From the IMG/VR virus record IMGVR_UViG_3300032038_000040, positions 1 to 64,000 of that record: DNA of 64,000 bases. One strand, given 5' to 3'. Below the pieces are notes generated by a model that did not search any database, was not told the DNA's origin, and saw only the letters and a program-made list of their open reading frames with translations. Both the position numbers and the translations under genes were made by a program. Source of the stretch: a virus (taxonomy: Duplodnaviria > Caudoviricetes). How positions within the stretch are numbered: the stretch's first letter is position 1; every line of letters starts with the position of its first letter. Below, in pieces: positions 29,944 to 39,341 of the stretch.

Positions 29944-30953
29944 CTGAAGAGGAGTATAGAAACGATGGCTGCCTACATTACTCTATGTTGTCTGACTATG
30001 CAAAAAGAGGATTTGACTGCATAGATAAACTGACAGAGAAAAAGGAGTCTCCATCTTTATTATTTGGTTCTGCAGTAGACACTCTATTAACTGAAGGAAG
30101 ACAACAATACAACAGCAAATATTTTATTGCTGACCTCCCTTCTTTGACAGATTCCTTGTATCCAATAGCAAATCAACTATTTGAATTATATCATTCTGAA
30201 TATGACTCATTAGATAAAATTAGTGATGAGGATATAGCTAGAATAGGAAAAGAGAATAGTTTCTATGCTAATGACAAATACAAGAATTATAGAATTAAAT
30301 TAATAAAGGAAGGTTGCTCTGAATACTACAAAATGAAGTTCCTAGCAGGAGAAAAACAAATTATCTCCTCAGAATTCAATGATAGTGTTGAAAAGACTGT
30401 ACATACTCTATTGACAGCACCCAATACAAAATGGTACTTCCAACAGGATACCCCATTTGAGGATATAGAAAGGCTGTATCAACTGAAATTTAAGGCAGTA
30501 TTCTTTGGAGTTCCTTATTCTTGCATGGCAGATTTAATAATAGTCAATCATGAAGAAAAAACTATTCAGCCTGTAGATTTGAAAACCTCTGGGCATAAAG
30601 AATATGATTTTTATAAATCATTTATAGACTGGAATTACCATATTCAAGCTAGATTGTACTATAAAATCATTGAGGACAATGTAAGAAAAGATGAATTCTT
30701 CAAAGAATATAAGATAATGCCCTATAAATTTATAGTTATAAATAAAGAAAGTCTTCTTCCATTAGTTTGGGAATATGAAGATACTACAGCTGAAGGCACT
30801 CTGATTTATGGTAAACATGAGCATATAGAATGCAAGTCTCCTTTAGAATTAGGATCTGAATTATGGCACTATCTAAATAATAAATGTGATGTACCACTAG
30901 GAATTAATATTAATAACGAAAACAAATTAACAAAATGGCTTAGACAAATGTGA
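29907..30953 (+). CDS. PD-(D/E)xK exonuclease (RecB/RecE-like)
   Basis: FGSAVD, DLII, DLKTS, YHIQARLY. Confidence 0.8.
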   Translation: MHKSFKDLSLNITEEEYRNDGCLHYSMLSDYAKRGFDCIDKLTEKKESPSLLFGSAVDTLLTEGRQQYNSKYFIADLPSLTDSLYPIANQLFELYHSEYDSLDKISDEDIARIGKENSFYANDKYKNYRIKLIKEGCSEYYKMKFLAGEKQIISSEFNDSVEKTVHTLLTAPNTKWYFQQDTPFEDIERLYQLKFKAVFFGVPYSCMADLIIVNHEEKTIQPVDLKTSGHKEYDFYKSFIDWNYHIQARLYYKIIEDNVRKDEFFKEYKIMPYKFIVINKESLLPLVWEYEDTTAEGTLIYGKHEHIECKSPLELGSELWHYLNNKCDVPLGININNENKLTKWLRQM

Positions 30954-33181
30954 TGGAAATAAAAGAATGGTTGCCCAGTAAACTCTCTCAAGATATTTTT
31001 ACCAAAAAATACAAAGAAGAAAATGAAACATTAGAAGAGTTTTTTGATAGAGTGTCTCATAATTATGAGCCAATAAAGAATCTCATTAAAAACAAGAAAT
31101 TTCTTTTTGGTGGAAGGATATTAGCTAACAGAGGAATAAAAGACAGAAAAGGCAGCTTGAGTAATTGCTACGTAATTACTCCTCCTGAGGATAACATAGA
31201 ATCTATATTTGAGTGCTGTTCTAAACTAGCTAGAACTTATAGTTTTGGAGGGGGTTGTGGAATAGATATAAGTAATCTAAGACCAAAAGGAGCAAAAGTT
31301 AATAATCAAGCAAAAACTACTTGTGGTCCTGTTGGATTTATGGAACTATTCTCTCAAGTAACTAATACTATAGGACAAGCTGGAAGAAGAGGAGCACTAA
31401 TGATTTCAATGTACGTAAGTCACCCTGATATTGAAGAATTTATAGACTGCAAAACAAACCTTAATAAGGTTAATTATGCTAATATATCAGTAATGATGTC
31501 AGATGACTTTATGAAAGCTGTTGAAAATAATGATGACTATGTACTTAGGTGGCCCTGTGACAGCAATGAATTCCCAATCCCAGAAGAATATAATAAACTT
31601 GTAGAATCTAATGGCATTTATGTTAAGAAGGTAAAAGCAAAGGAAATTTTTAATAAGTTGGTTCATAATAATTGGGATTATGCAGAGCCTGGTATTTTGT
31701 ATTGGGATAGAATAAAAAACTATAATCTGCTAAACAACACTGATTTCCATTATGCAGGAACAAATCCTTGTGCAGAAGAGCCTCTGCCTGCTGGTGGTTC
31801 CTGCTTATTGGGAAGTCTGAACTTATCTGAATACGTAAAAAATCCATTCACAAAGAAAGCTTGTTTTGATTATGACTCTCTGGAATCTGATGTATTTACT
31901 TGTATAGTAGCATTGAATCAAGTATTAATTGAGGGAATATCTTTGCATCCACTGCAAGAGCAGAAAGATTCTGTGGGTGACTGGCATCAAATAGGACTTG
32001 GAACTATGGGTCTTGCAGATGCATTAATTAAATTAGGTATAAAATATGGAAGTGATGAATCATTGAAAGCAATAGATGAGATATATAAGACTATAGCTAA
32101 ATGCTCAATAATAGAATCTGTAGAATTAGCAAAGGAATTAGGCAGTTACCCCAAATGTGACAAGGAGAAGCTCGTGGATTCTGCATTTATTAACAACATG
32201 AACCTAGATGAAGCAACAAAAAAGGAAATAAGTAAATGGGGAATGTATAATAGTCAACTGTTGACTTGTGCTCCTACAGGCAGTATAGGAACTATGTTGG
32301 AATGCAGTACAGGAGTAGAACCTAATTTTGCTTTCACATACTTTAGAAAGACACAATCTTTACATGGTGAAGATAAATTCTATGAAGTAGAATGCAACAT
32401 AGTAAGGGAATTCAAGGAAATTACTGGTGAAAACAAATTGCCTGATTACTTTGTGTCCTCTGCAGACATTAAGCCAGAAGACAGGATAAAAGTACAAGCT
32501 GTATTACAGAAATATATTGATGCAAGTATATCTTCAACTATTAATCTCCCAAAAGAGGCTAGTGAGGAAGATGTCTATGACATTTACATGAAAGCATGGG
32601 AAAATGGACTCAAGGGAGTAACTGTATATAGAAGTGGGTGCAAAAGAGAGGGGGTGCTTACAAAAGAACCTCAAGTTCCCAACACTGTGGCTCCTAAAAG
32701 ACCAAAAGAGTTGGAAGCTGATTTCTATACAATTAAAAGTAAAGGCAACCAGTATATTGTATTAGTAGGTTTATTGGGAGGAAAGCCCTATGAGATATTT
32801 GCATTTAAACCTAATGTTGAGCTTATTGCAAAATCTCATAAAGGAATTATAACCAAGAAATCAAAAATGCATTATAGCTTTAAATCTGATATTATTCAGA
32901 TAACAGAGCTTGAGCTGGCAAATGATAACGTTGAAGAGAAAGCGGCTACCCTTTATGCATCCATGCTTCTAAGACATGGCGTTGACATTAAATACATAAT
33001 CAAAACAACAAAAAAAGTTAATGATAACATCACATCTTTCAGTTCTGCAATGTGCAGGGTTCTTTCAAAATATATTCCTTCAGAAGAACTAAAAGAAAAA
33101 TGTCCTGAATGTGGAGGAATATTAATAAATGAAGGAGGCTGTATTCATTGTAAGAATTGTGGGTGGAGTAAATGTAATTAA
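30950..33181 (+). CDS. nrdJ: Class II (B12-dependent) ribonucleotide reductase
   Basis: SNCY, TNPCAE, APTG, C-terminal CPECG..EGGC..C..CGWSKC. No small-subunit gene nearby. Confidence 0.88.
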   Translation: MMEIKEWLPSKLSQDIFTKKYKEENETLEEFFDRVSHNYEPIKNLIKNKKFLFGGRILANRGIKDRKGSLSNCYVITPPEDNIESIFECCSKLARTYSFGGGCGIDISNLRPKGAKVNNQAKTTCGPVGFMELFSQVTNTIGQAGRRGALMISMYVSHPDIEEFIDCKTNLNKVNYANISVMMSDDFMKAVENNDDYVLRWPCDSNEFPIPEEYNKLVESNGIYVKKVKAKEIFNKLVHNNWDYAEPGILYWDRIKNYNLLNNTDFHYAGTNPCAEEPLPAGGSCLLGSLNLSEYVKNPFTKKACFDYDSLESDVFTCIVALNQVLIEGISLHPLQEQKDSVGDWHQIGLGTMGLADALIKLGIKYGSDESLKAIDEIYKTIAKCSIIESVELAKELGSYPKCDKEKLVDSAFINNMNLDEATKKEISKWGMYNSQLLTCAPTGSIGTMLECSTGVEPNFAFTYFRKTQSLHGEDKFYEVECNIVREFKEITGENKLPDYFVSSADIKPEDRIKVQAVLQKYIDASISSTINLPKEASEEDVYDIYMKAWENGLKGVTVYRSGCKREGVLTKEPQVPNTVAPKRPKELEADFYTIKSKGNQYIVLVGLLGGKPYEIFAFKPNVELIAKSHKGIITKKSKMHYSFKSDIIQITELELANDNVEEKAATLYASMLLRHGVDIKYIIKTTKKVNDNITSFSSAMCRVLSKYIPSEELKEKCPECGGILINEGGCIHCKNCGWSKCN

Positions 33182-33183
33182 TT

Positions 33184-33702
33184 ATGAAAATACTAATAAA
33201 AGAAATCACAGAAGGCTGTATGCCAATAAGAATGAATGGTGATGCTTTTGATTTAAAAGCCGCCAAAGACATTATTATTAAAGCTCCGCAGTCTGGAGTG
33301 CTACATCAGGAAAATAATGAAAAGGTCAGAAATGTATCCTTTAAAAATTTTACCATAATTCCTTTGGGAATAGCAATGAAACTACCAAAAGGATTTGTTG
33401 CTGACGTAAAACCAAGAAGTAGTACTACAAAGAAATGGCATATCTTGCAGACAAATAGTCCGGGACTAATTGATTCTTCTTATTGTGGTGATGGTGATGA
33501 ATGGGGATTTCCAGTAGTTGCCATAGGAAATTGCCATATACACAAAGGAGACAGAGTATGTCAATTTGAAATACGTCCTTCTCAATTTGCTAATTGGAAG
33601 CAAAGACTCAAGTGGTTTTTCCATAAGAAAATAGAGTTCGTTAAAGTAGATTCATTAAATAGTCCAAATAGAAATGGATTTGGCAGTACAGGAGAAAATT
33701 GA
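33184..33702 (+). CDS. dut: dUTPase (trimeric)
   Basis: FDL, PRSS, GLIDSSY, RNGFGSTG. Confidence 0.92.
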   Translation: MKILIKEITEGCMPIRMNGDAFDLKAAKDIIIKAPQSGVLHQENNEKVRNVSFKNFTIIPLGIAMKLPKGFVADVKPRSSTTKKWHILQTNSPGLIDSSYCGDGDEWGFPVVAIGNCHIHKGDRVCQFEIRPSQFANWKQRLKWFFHKKIEFVKVDSLNSPNRNGFGSTGEN

Positions 33703-33704
33703 TT

Positions 33705-34139
33705 ATGTGGAATATATTTAAAAGAAAAAAGAAAGTTCGTCAAATATCATTTAAAGAGACTCTTGATTTAACAGAACTTCCTATAATTACATTCGTAAAT
33801 AATAAGCAAAAGCTTAATTTTATTTTCGATACTGGAGCTACAAAGTCAATGATAGATAGAAATATCCTAGATAATTTAGCTTATCAGACTAATGATGAGA
33901 AGACTGTTACTACTGGAGTTGGAGGAAAAAGTAATGTGCTAAGCACTATAATAATGGATTTAATGTATAGAGAGTCCTTATTTTCTGAAACATTTCAAAT
34001 AATGGATTTATCTCATGTTGTATCTACAATCAAAGAAGAAACAGGAGTGACTATACATGGACTATTAGGAAATACTTTCTTTCAAGAATATGGTTATATT
34101 ATTGATTATAATGATTTTATAATTTATAACAAAAAGTAA
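33705..34139 (+). CDS. Retropepsin-like aspartyl protease
   Basis: FIFDTGA catalytic motif and GLLG. Confidence 0.75.
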   Translation: MWNIFKRKKKVRQISFKETLDLTELPIITFVNNKQKLNFIFDTGATKSMIDRNILDNLAYQTNDEKTVTTGVGGKSNVLSTIIMDLMYRESLFSETFQIMDLSHVVSTIKEETGVTIHGLLGNTFFQEYGYIIDYNDFIIYNKK

Positions 34140-34140
34140 C

Positions 34141-36183
34141 ATGATATATGTTGTGTCTCAATCTCAAGAACTATTTGCAGATGCCTGTGAGAGAATCTCA
34201 GTAGAAGAATCTATAAAGCTATTAGAACCATATAATAAGATTCAATTAGACACTGAAACTACAGGGATAGACTCTAGAATAGATTCAATATTGACTCTTC
34301 AGTTAGGAACCAAAGATTTTCAAATAGTCATAGATGCCACAACAATTCCATTAAGAAAATACAAAGAACTCATAGAAAAGAAATTTATTGTAGGTCATAA
34401 CTTAAAGTTTGACCTACAATTTCTTTTCTCTATAGGAATTATCCCTACATCAGTATATGATACAATGATTGTGGAACAATTATTACATCTTGGATACCCA
34501 GTAGGGACAATTTCTTTTTCATTACAGGCTGTAGCACAAAGAAGATTGGATGTATATATAGATAAATCTGTTAGAGGGCAAATAATCTGGAGAGGTATAG
34601 ATACAGAAACAATTGTTTATGGTGCTACGGATGTAAAGTATTTGGAAGATATAATGGAATCTCAGTGGAAAGATGTCATAAAGCAGGATATGTGCAAGGG
34701 AGCTAAATTAGAGTGTCAATTTGTACCTGTCATTGCTTATCTTGAATGGTGTGGGATTTACTTGAATGAAGAGAAATGGAAAGCAAAGATGGAGCAAGAT
34801 AAAGAGAAATTAAATTTATATAAGAAGGAACTTGATGATTATGTGATAAAGAATGAGAAATTAAAAGAATTTACTTATGTAAATACTCAAGGTGATCTCT
34901 TTACAGGTTTTGATCTCACACCAAAATGCTCTGTGAATTGGGATTCTCCTCTTCAAATGGTAAAATTATTTAAAGTTCTGGGCTTCAATACTAAAACTTC
35001 AGACAAAAAAACAGGCAAAGACAAAGATTCTGTTCTTGAGAAAGTATTAAAAGGACAAAAGGGAATTGATGATAATTTCTTAAGTATCTACTTTAATTAT
35101 AAAGAATTTTCAAAAGTGTGTTCCACATATGGACAAGGACATCTTGATGCAATTAATCCTAAAACAGGCAGAATACACACTGTCTATAGGCAATTAGGCA
35201 CTGCATCAGGAAGAATGTCTTGTGGTTCAAACAAAGGAAATAAATCTCTGGCAGCATTAAAGAAACTTCCAGAAAGTAGATGTATTCAGCCTAATATTCA
35301 GCAATTACCAGGTAACAAAGAAACTAGAAGTTGTTTCACAGCACAAAGAGATGATTATATAATATGTTCTTGTGACTTTAGTGCCTTGGAAAGTAGATTG
35401 GGAGCAGATATATATCAAGAAAGTGCAATGTTAAATGAATATCTTCATGGTAGTGGAGACATACATTCTCTTGTAGCAAAAAAATGTTTTCCCAAAGAAC
35501 TTGAGGGAATTGAAGTGAAAGATATTGCTGAAGTAAGACCTGACTTAAGAAAAAAAGCAAAGGGTCCGGAATTTGCCATGCAGTTTGGAGGAAGTCCAAA
35601 AGCAATACAATCATCTTTAGGTTGCAGTAAAGAGGAAGCAGAAGAAATAGCTTCTTCCTATTGGAAGGGATTTCCTAATATTGCTAAGTTCAAAGCTATG
35701 GGTTCTAGATTCGTAAAAGAACATGGCTATGTCTTAATGTGCAAACATACTGGACATAAAATGTATTGGTATGGACATAAGGAATGGGTAAATACAGAAA
35801 AGACATTCACTCCAGAATTTTGGAGAGAATATAAAGCTTTTCATAAAGGAACTGGAGACCTTACTGAATTAATGGTAAAAGAACATTCCAAAATAGGCAG
35901 TTATTGGGAAAGAATGGCACTGAATTCTGTGACTCAAGGCACAGGAGCAGTCATTTTAAAATATGCTATGGTCTTATTCTTCAGGTGGATTTTAGACAAT
36001 AACTTATTTGGAATAGTATATCTATCAGCATTAGTACATGATGAGTCAGTAATTGAATATCCGAAAAATATGCCTGAAGTTGCAGAAAAACTAAAAGAAT
36101 GTATGGAAGAGTCTGCAGCTACTTACTGTAAATCACTTCCCATTCCGGCAAAGCCAGAAATAGAAAAATATTGGAAACATTAA
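34141..36183 (+). CDS. polA: DNA polymerase family A with 3'-5' exonuclease
   Basis: DTETTG, HNLKFD, TASGRMS, PNIQQLP, DFSALE, RKKAK, VHDE. Confidence 0.93.
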   Translation: MIYVVSQSQELFADACERISVEESIKLLEPYNKIQLDTETTGIDSRIDSILTLQLGTKDFQIVIDATTIPLRKYKELIEKKFIVGHNLKFDLQFLFSIGIIPTSVYDTMIVEQLLHLGYPVGTISFSLQAVAQRRLDVYIDKSVRGQIIWRGIDTETIVYGATDVKYLEDIMESQWKDVIKQDMCKGAKLECQFVPVIAYLEWCGIYLNEEKWKAKMEQDKEKLNLYKKELDDYVIKNEKLKEFTYVNTQGDLFTGFDLTPKCSVNWDSPLQMVKLFKVLGFNTKTSDKKTGKDKDSVLEKVLKGQKGIDDNFLSIYFNYKEFSKVCSTYGQGHLDAINPKTGRIHTVYRQLGTASGRMSCGSNKGNKSLAALKKLPESRCIQPNIQQLPGNKETRSCFTAQRDDYIICSCDFSALESRLGADIYQESAMLNEYLHGSGDIHSLVAKKCFPKELEGIEVKDIAEVRPDLRKKAKGPEFAMQFGGSPKAIQSSLGCSKEEAEEIASSYWKGFPNIAKFKAMGSRFVKEHGYVLMCKHTGHKMYWYGHKEWVNTEKTFTPEFWREYKAFHKGTGDLTELMVKEHSKIGSYWERMALNSVTQGTGAVILKYAMVLFFRWILDNNLFGIVYLSALVHDESVIEYPKNMPEVAEKLKECMEESAATYCKSLPIPAKPEIEKYWKH

Positions 36184-36195
36184 AATTAAAAAATT

Positions 36196-36612
36196 ATGAA
36201 TTTTTCAAATTATCCTCCAGGAGTAAGTGACAACACTCCTGATGCACCATGGAATCAAGTAGAAAATGAGCCTGAGAATGTTGATGTGTGTGTCAGTATT
36301 ACTATGAGTAAGAGTACCACAATCAGCACAACAGATTATATTAAAGAAGTTTGGGATGAGTATGAAACAGGAGATGAAGGAGAAAGAATTCACATAGGAG
36401 GAACTAACTATGACTTCTCTGAAAGTGATCTAAAGTCAGCCTATAAAAATTGTGAATTGACAATTCCTTCTCTTCTTGCTCTTCTGGAATCCTACCTTCT
36501 CAAGGATTTGGAAGAAAACAAAGGAAACAGAGAAAAAACGGATATTATCAATCTTCAGCTAGAATCTCTTAGAGATTGGATAGTAGATGAATTAGAAGTA
36601 ACACAAGAATAA
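36196..36612 (+). CDS. Hypothetical acidic protein
   Basis: YPPG...APWN N-terminus. Confidence 0.7.
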   Translation: MNFSNYPPGVSDNTPDAPWNQVENEPENVDVCVSITMSKSTTISTTDYIKEVWDEYETGDEGERIHIGGTNYDFSESDLKSAYKNCELTIPSLLALLESYLLKDLEENKGNREKTDIINLQLESLRDWIVDELEVTQE

Positions 36613-36613
36613 A

Positions 36614-37441
36614 ATGAAACTATTAAAACAAAAGGCAGAATTGTTAATACAAGGACCTTCTTATGATGATATGTTGAGACATATAGAAATATGTGGAAAA
36701 GTATGTTACAAAAGCGATGTCTCAAATAACAGGGACAGTACTAAAGCATTTGTGACAAGATTGTCAAAGATGGGTCATATGAGTGTCCTTGAGCATGGTA
36801 CTGTATATATGGAATTACCCACAAAGGGTATAAATAAATATGCTCTTGCAAACTATGCACTTAAGGATAATCCTTACACATATTACCATGATGATGGTAA
36901 CATTATCCACGTTACTACTAACTATAGGGTGATAATGGAAAAAGTACTATCAGATTTCCTTGATTACACAGTACCTGAAGGACAGAAGAAAAGATATACT
37001 ATGAAAGTGCTTACTGACATAGGAGTATCCCGTGAGATAAATCGCCACCGTCATTTCAGTATAACTAACTTCAGTGTTACTGAGCAAAGTACAAGATATT
37101 GCAATTACAGCAAGGACAAGTTTGGTAACGAAATTACCTTTATAGTTCCTGCATACTGGGATAAACTCAGTGGTTCAGAGCAGGAAGACTATAAAAGAAT
37201 ATTGAAGAGAGCTGAACAGGATTATATGCTCATGATTGAGAGAGGATATAAGCCTGAGCAAGCAAGAGAGTTTCTACCATTGGCGACTGCCACTGAAGTA
37301 GTATATACAGCATTTGAGGATGACTGGAGACACTTCTTTGACCTTAGGTTAAAGGAAACTACAGGAAAAGTTCATCCTAATATGAAGGAACTTGCAGAGC
37401 TGATGTATAAAAGATTTACTGAAAATGGTATAGAATTATGA
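36614..37441 (+). CDS. thyX: Flavin-dependent thymidylate synthase
   Basis: GHMSVLEH, REINRHR, EQSTRY, AREFLP. Confidence 0.9.
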   Translation: MKLLKQKAELLIQGPSYDDMLRHIEICGKVCYKSDVSNNRDSTKAFVTRLSKMGHMSVLEHGTVYMELPTKGINKYALANYALKDNPYTYYHDDGNIIHVTTNYRVIMEKVLSDFLDYTVPEGQKKRYTMKVLTDIGVSREINRHRHFSITNFSVTEQSTRYCNYSKDKFGNEITFIVPAYWDKLSGSEQEDYKRILKRAEQDYMLMIERGYKPEQAREFLPLATATEVVYTAFEDDWRHFFDLRLKETTGKVHPNMKELAELMYKRFTENGIEL

Positions 37442-37812
37442 GAAAAGGTAATTTTGAATTCAGAAAAGCCACCTATTTAGGTCCAGAGCCTGAGAACCCA
37501 TCATGGCATGTGGATTATTGGTATCCTAATCCTTACTATGGTAAGGAGAATGAATACCCCGAAGATCCAAAAGACAAGAACTTCAGAATGTATCCAGGTG
37601 AACATGGTTTCAGAATAGATAAATCTTGTTTTAAATATCCTGAGTCATGTTTCAGTGTAGCCTCTTTTAATTATGATGGTGAGGGTACATATGAGGTACA
37701 TTTTATAGGAGACAGACCCTTTAATCTTAGTAGAAAAGAAACTGAGGTTTTTTGGGAAGTACTTACATATGGACATAACTTTTTAAACAGAGAAAATCAT
37801 GAAATTCATTGA
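37438..37812 (+). CDS. Hypothetical protein
   Basis: Coupled ORF in the small-gene array. Confidence 0.65.
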   Translation: MRKGNFEFRKATYLGPEPENPSWHVDYWYPNPYYGKENEYPEDPKDKNFRMYPGEHGFRIDKSCFKYPESCFSVASFNYDGEGTYEVHFIGDRPFNLSRKETEVFWEVLTYGHNFLNRENHEIH

Positions 37813-38002
37813 CAAATATCCAGAATGTAATGGATGCCCAGTAGAAAAATACTGTGGTACAATGGTTGGCAGTATTACATTATGTAACAGCTATGGTGAG
37901 GACTCTACCATAGAAGACCTTCAATTGAAGGAATACTATGAGGATTCTGTAGCTGATGCTGCCCTGTTAGAAGAAGCAAGTGCAGTCTATTGGGAACCAT
38001 AA
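37799..38002 (+). CDS. Small Cys-rich protein
   Basis: CNGCPVEKYC...LC. Confidence 0.6.
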   Translation: MKFIDKYPECNGCPVEKYCGTMVGSITLCNSYGEDSTIEDLQLKEYYEDSVADAALLEEASAVYWEP

Positions 38003-38009
38003 AGAAATT

Positions 38010-38273
38010 ATGGAAGAGGAACTTAAAAGAATACTTACATGGGCAAAGAATGTCAATGGAGGACATATAAACACTCCTACATTCTTTGCTGATGTTGAAC
38101 AAGCTCTACAAGGGTATGTATGTGACATGAGGTATAAGATGAAAGTACTTGCAGCAAGTGATCACAGTGCTACCTTGAAATTCCAAGGAAAACGTTTTTA
38201 TTACCTGTATGATTTTAGTAAAAAAGAATTCACCTGCTTTGAATTAAAAGAAGGTGCATACACAAACTATTAA
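38010..38273 (+). CDS. Hypothetical protein
   Basis: ATG 38010 (MEEELK). Confidence 0.6.
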   Translation: MEEELKRILTWAKNVNGGHINTPTFFADVEQALQGYVCDMRYKMKVLAASDHSATLKFQGKRFYYLYDFSKKEFTCFELKEGAYTNY

Positions 38274-38283
38274 ATTAAAAATT

Positions 38284-38448
38284 ATGACACCACAAGCACA
38301 AAACAGTTTAAGCCTCTACAAAGGAGGCAACCCTGCAACCATTGAACAGTTGCTTAAGATGCAGAAAGCATCAGTAGTTAATGAACTTAAAGAGCACTTT
38401 AAGGCTTCTGATCTTAAAGAATTAGCTATTAAGTTAAGTATAAACTAA
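38284..38448 (+). CDS. Small hypothetical protein
   Basis: ATG 38284 (MTPQAQ). Confidence 0.55.
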   Translation: MTPQAQNSLSLYKGGNPATIEQLLKMQKASVVNELKEHFKASDLKELAIKLSIN

Positions 38449-38457
38449 AAATTAAAC

Positions 38458-38526
38458 AGGCACCTGAGGACAGGTAACTTCTTTAACCTCCTTTCCGTCT
38501 TCAAGTAACCCTGTCCAAAGGTGCCT
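38458..38526 (+). other. Long intergenic hairpin with an anti-Shine-Dalgarno-like loop
   Basis: AGGCACCT/AGGTGCCT and GGACAGG/CCTGTCC stems. The loop contains ACCTCCTTTC. Confidence 0.55.
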
Positions 38527-38538
38527 TTACCAAGCAAT

Positions 38539-38820
38539 ATGGAAACCATCAAACCAGGAACATATACACTCCCCGAAGGATGCACATGTATCAAAAAAGG
38601 GGACACCATAGAGATTAGACCATCAAAGAGACTTCCCAAATGTGAGCACTATTGTTGTGAGTGCAAATGGGCAATGGTAGGTTATTGCGGTAATAGTTTA
38701 TATAAAACTAATGTATGTGAGAAAAAACCTAAGAACAAACTGCATTACAAATCAAAAGAACATCTTTACTATGCAGTTGGGTTAAAGAATAAAGCTTGTG
38801 ATATGTTTAAACAAAAATAA
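38539..38820 (+). CDS. Cys-rich hypothetical protein
   Basis: Multiple Cys, including CCECKW. Confidence 0.6.
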   Translation: METIKPGTYTLPEGCTCIKKGDTIEIRPSKRLPKCEHYCCECKWAMVGYCGNSLYKTNVCEKKPKNKLHYKSKEHLYYAVGLKNKACDMFKQK

Positions 38821-38835
38821 TTAAATTTAAAGACT

Positions 38836-39225
38836 ATGGACTACGAAAAACTTTACAAAGATGCTCTTGAAAGGGCAAGAGAGATGTCTGCATTACCAGA
38901 TGACAGAGCAACTATTGAATACATTTTCCCCGAACTCGCAGAAAGCGAGGATGAGAGGATTAGGAAACATTTGATTTCTTTAGTGAAAAATTGGGATAAA
39001 GATGGAATATTTTCTAAATATACAAGCAATCCTAATGATATAAAGAAAATACTTGCTTGGCTTGAGAAGCAAGTCGAGCAAAAGTCTGGTTGGGATGAAG
39101 ATGATGAGAGATTAAGAAAAACATCTATTGCCTTTCTTCAAGAATTTGCTGCTAAAGGCTATGAAAATGCAATAGAATGTATGGATTGGCTGAAATCACT
39201 CAAAAATAAAATTAAAAACGAATGA
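38836..39225 (+). CDS. Hypothetical protein (IFPELAES family, paralogue of 42791-43111)
   Basis: MDYEKLYKDALERA...IFPELAESEDERIRK...WLEKQ. Confidence 0.7.
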   Translation: MDYEKLYKDALERAREMSALPDDRATIEYIFPELAESEDERIRKHLISLVKNWDKDGIFSKYTSNPNDIKKILAWLEKQVEQKSGWDEDDERLRKTSIAFLQEFAAKGYENAIECMDWLKSLKNKIKNE

Positions 39226-39237
39226 CTATCAAAGTAA

Positions 39238-39330
39238 AATAAGCACATCGGGTCTACGCCACCCTTTTAAGGTGGAGAGGTTAGGTCACACTTTAAATGT
39301 GCCCGATAGTAGATTGTCGGTGTGCTTATT
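39238..39330 (+). ncRNA. Candidate structured intergenic RNA element
   Basis: 14-bp closing stem AATAAGCACATCGG/TCGGTGTGCTTATT enclosing GTCTAC/GTAGAT and two hairpins. Confidence 0.5.
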
Positions 39331-39341
39331 ATTAAAGATAA

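Noticed and set aside
29907-30953. Nuclease as CRISPR Cas4
   Set aside because: No four-Cys Fe-S pattern and no CRISPR context. It fits a phage recombination exonuclease.
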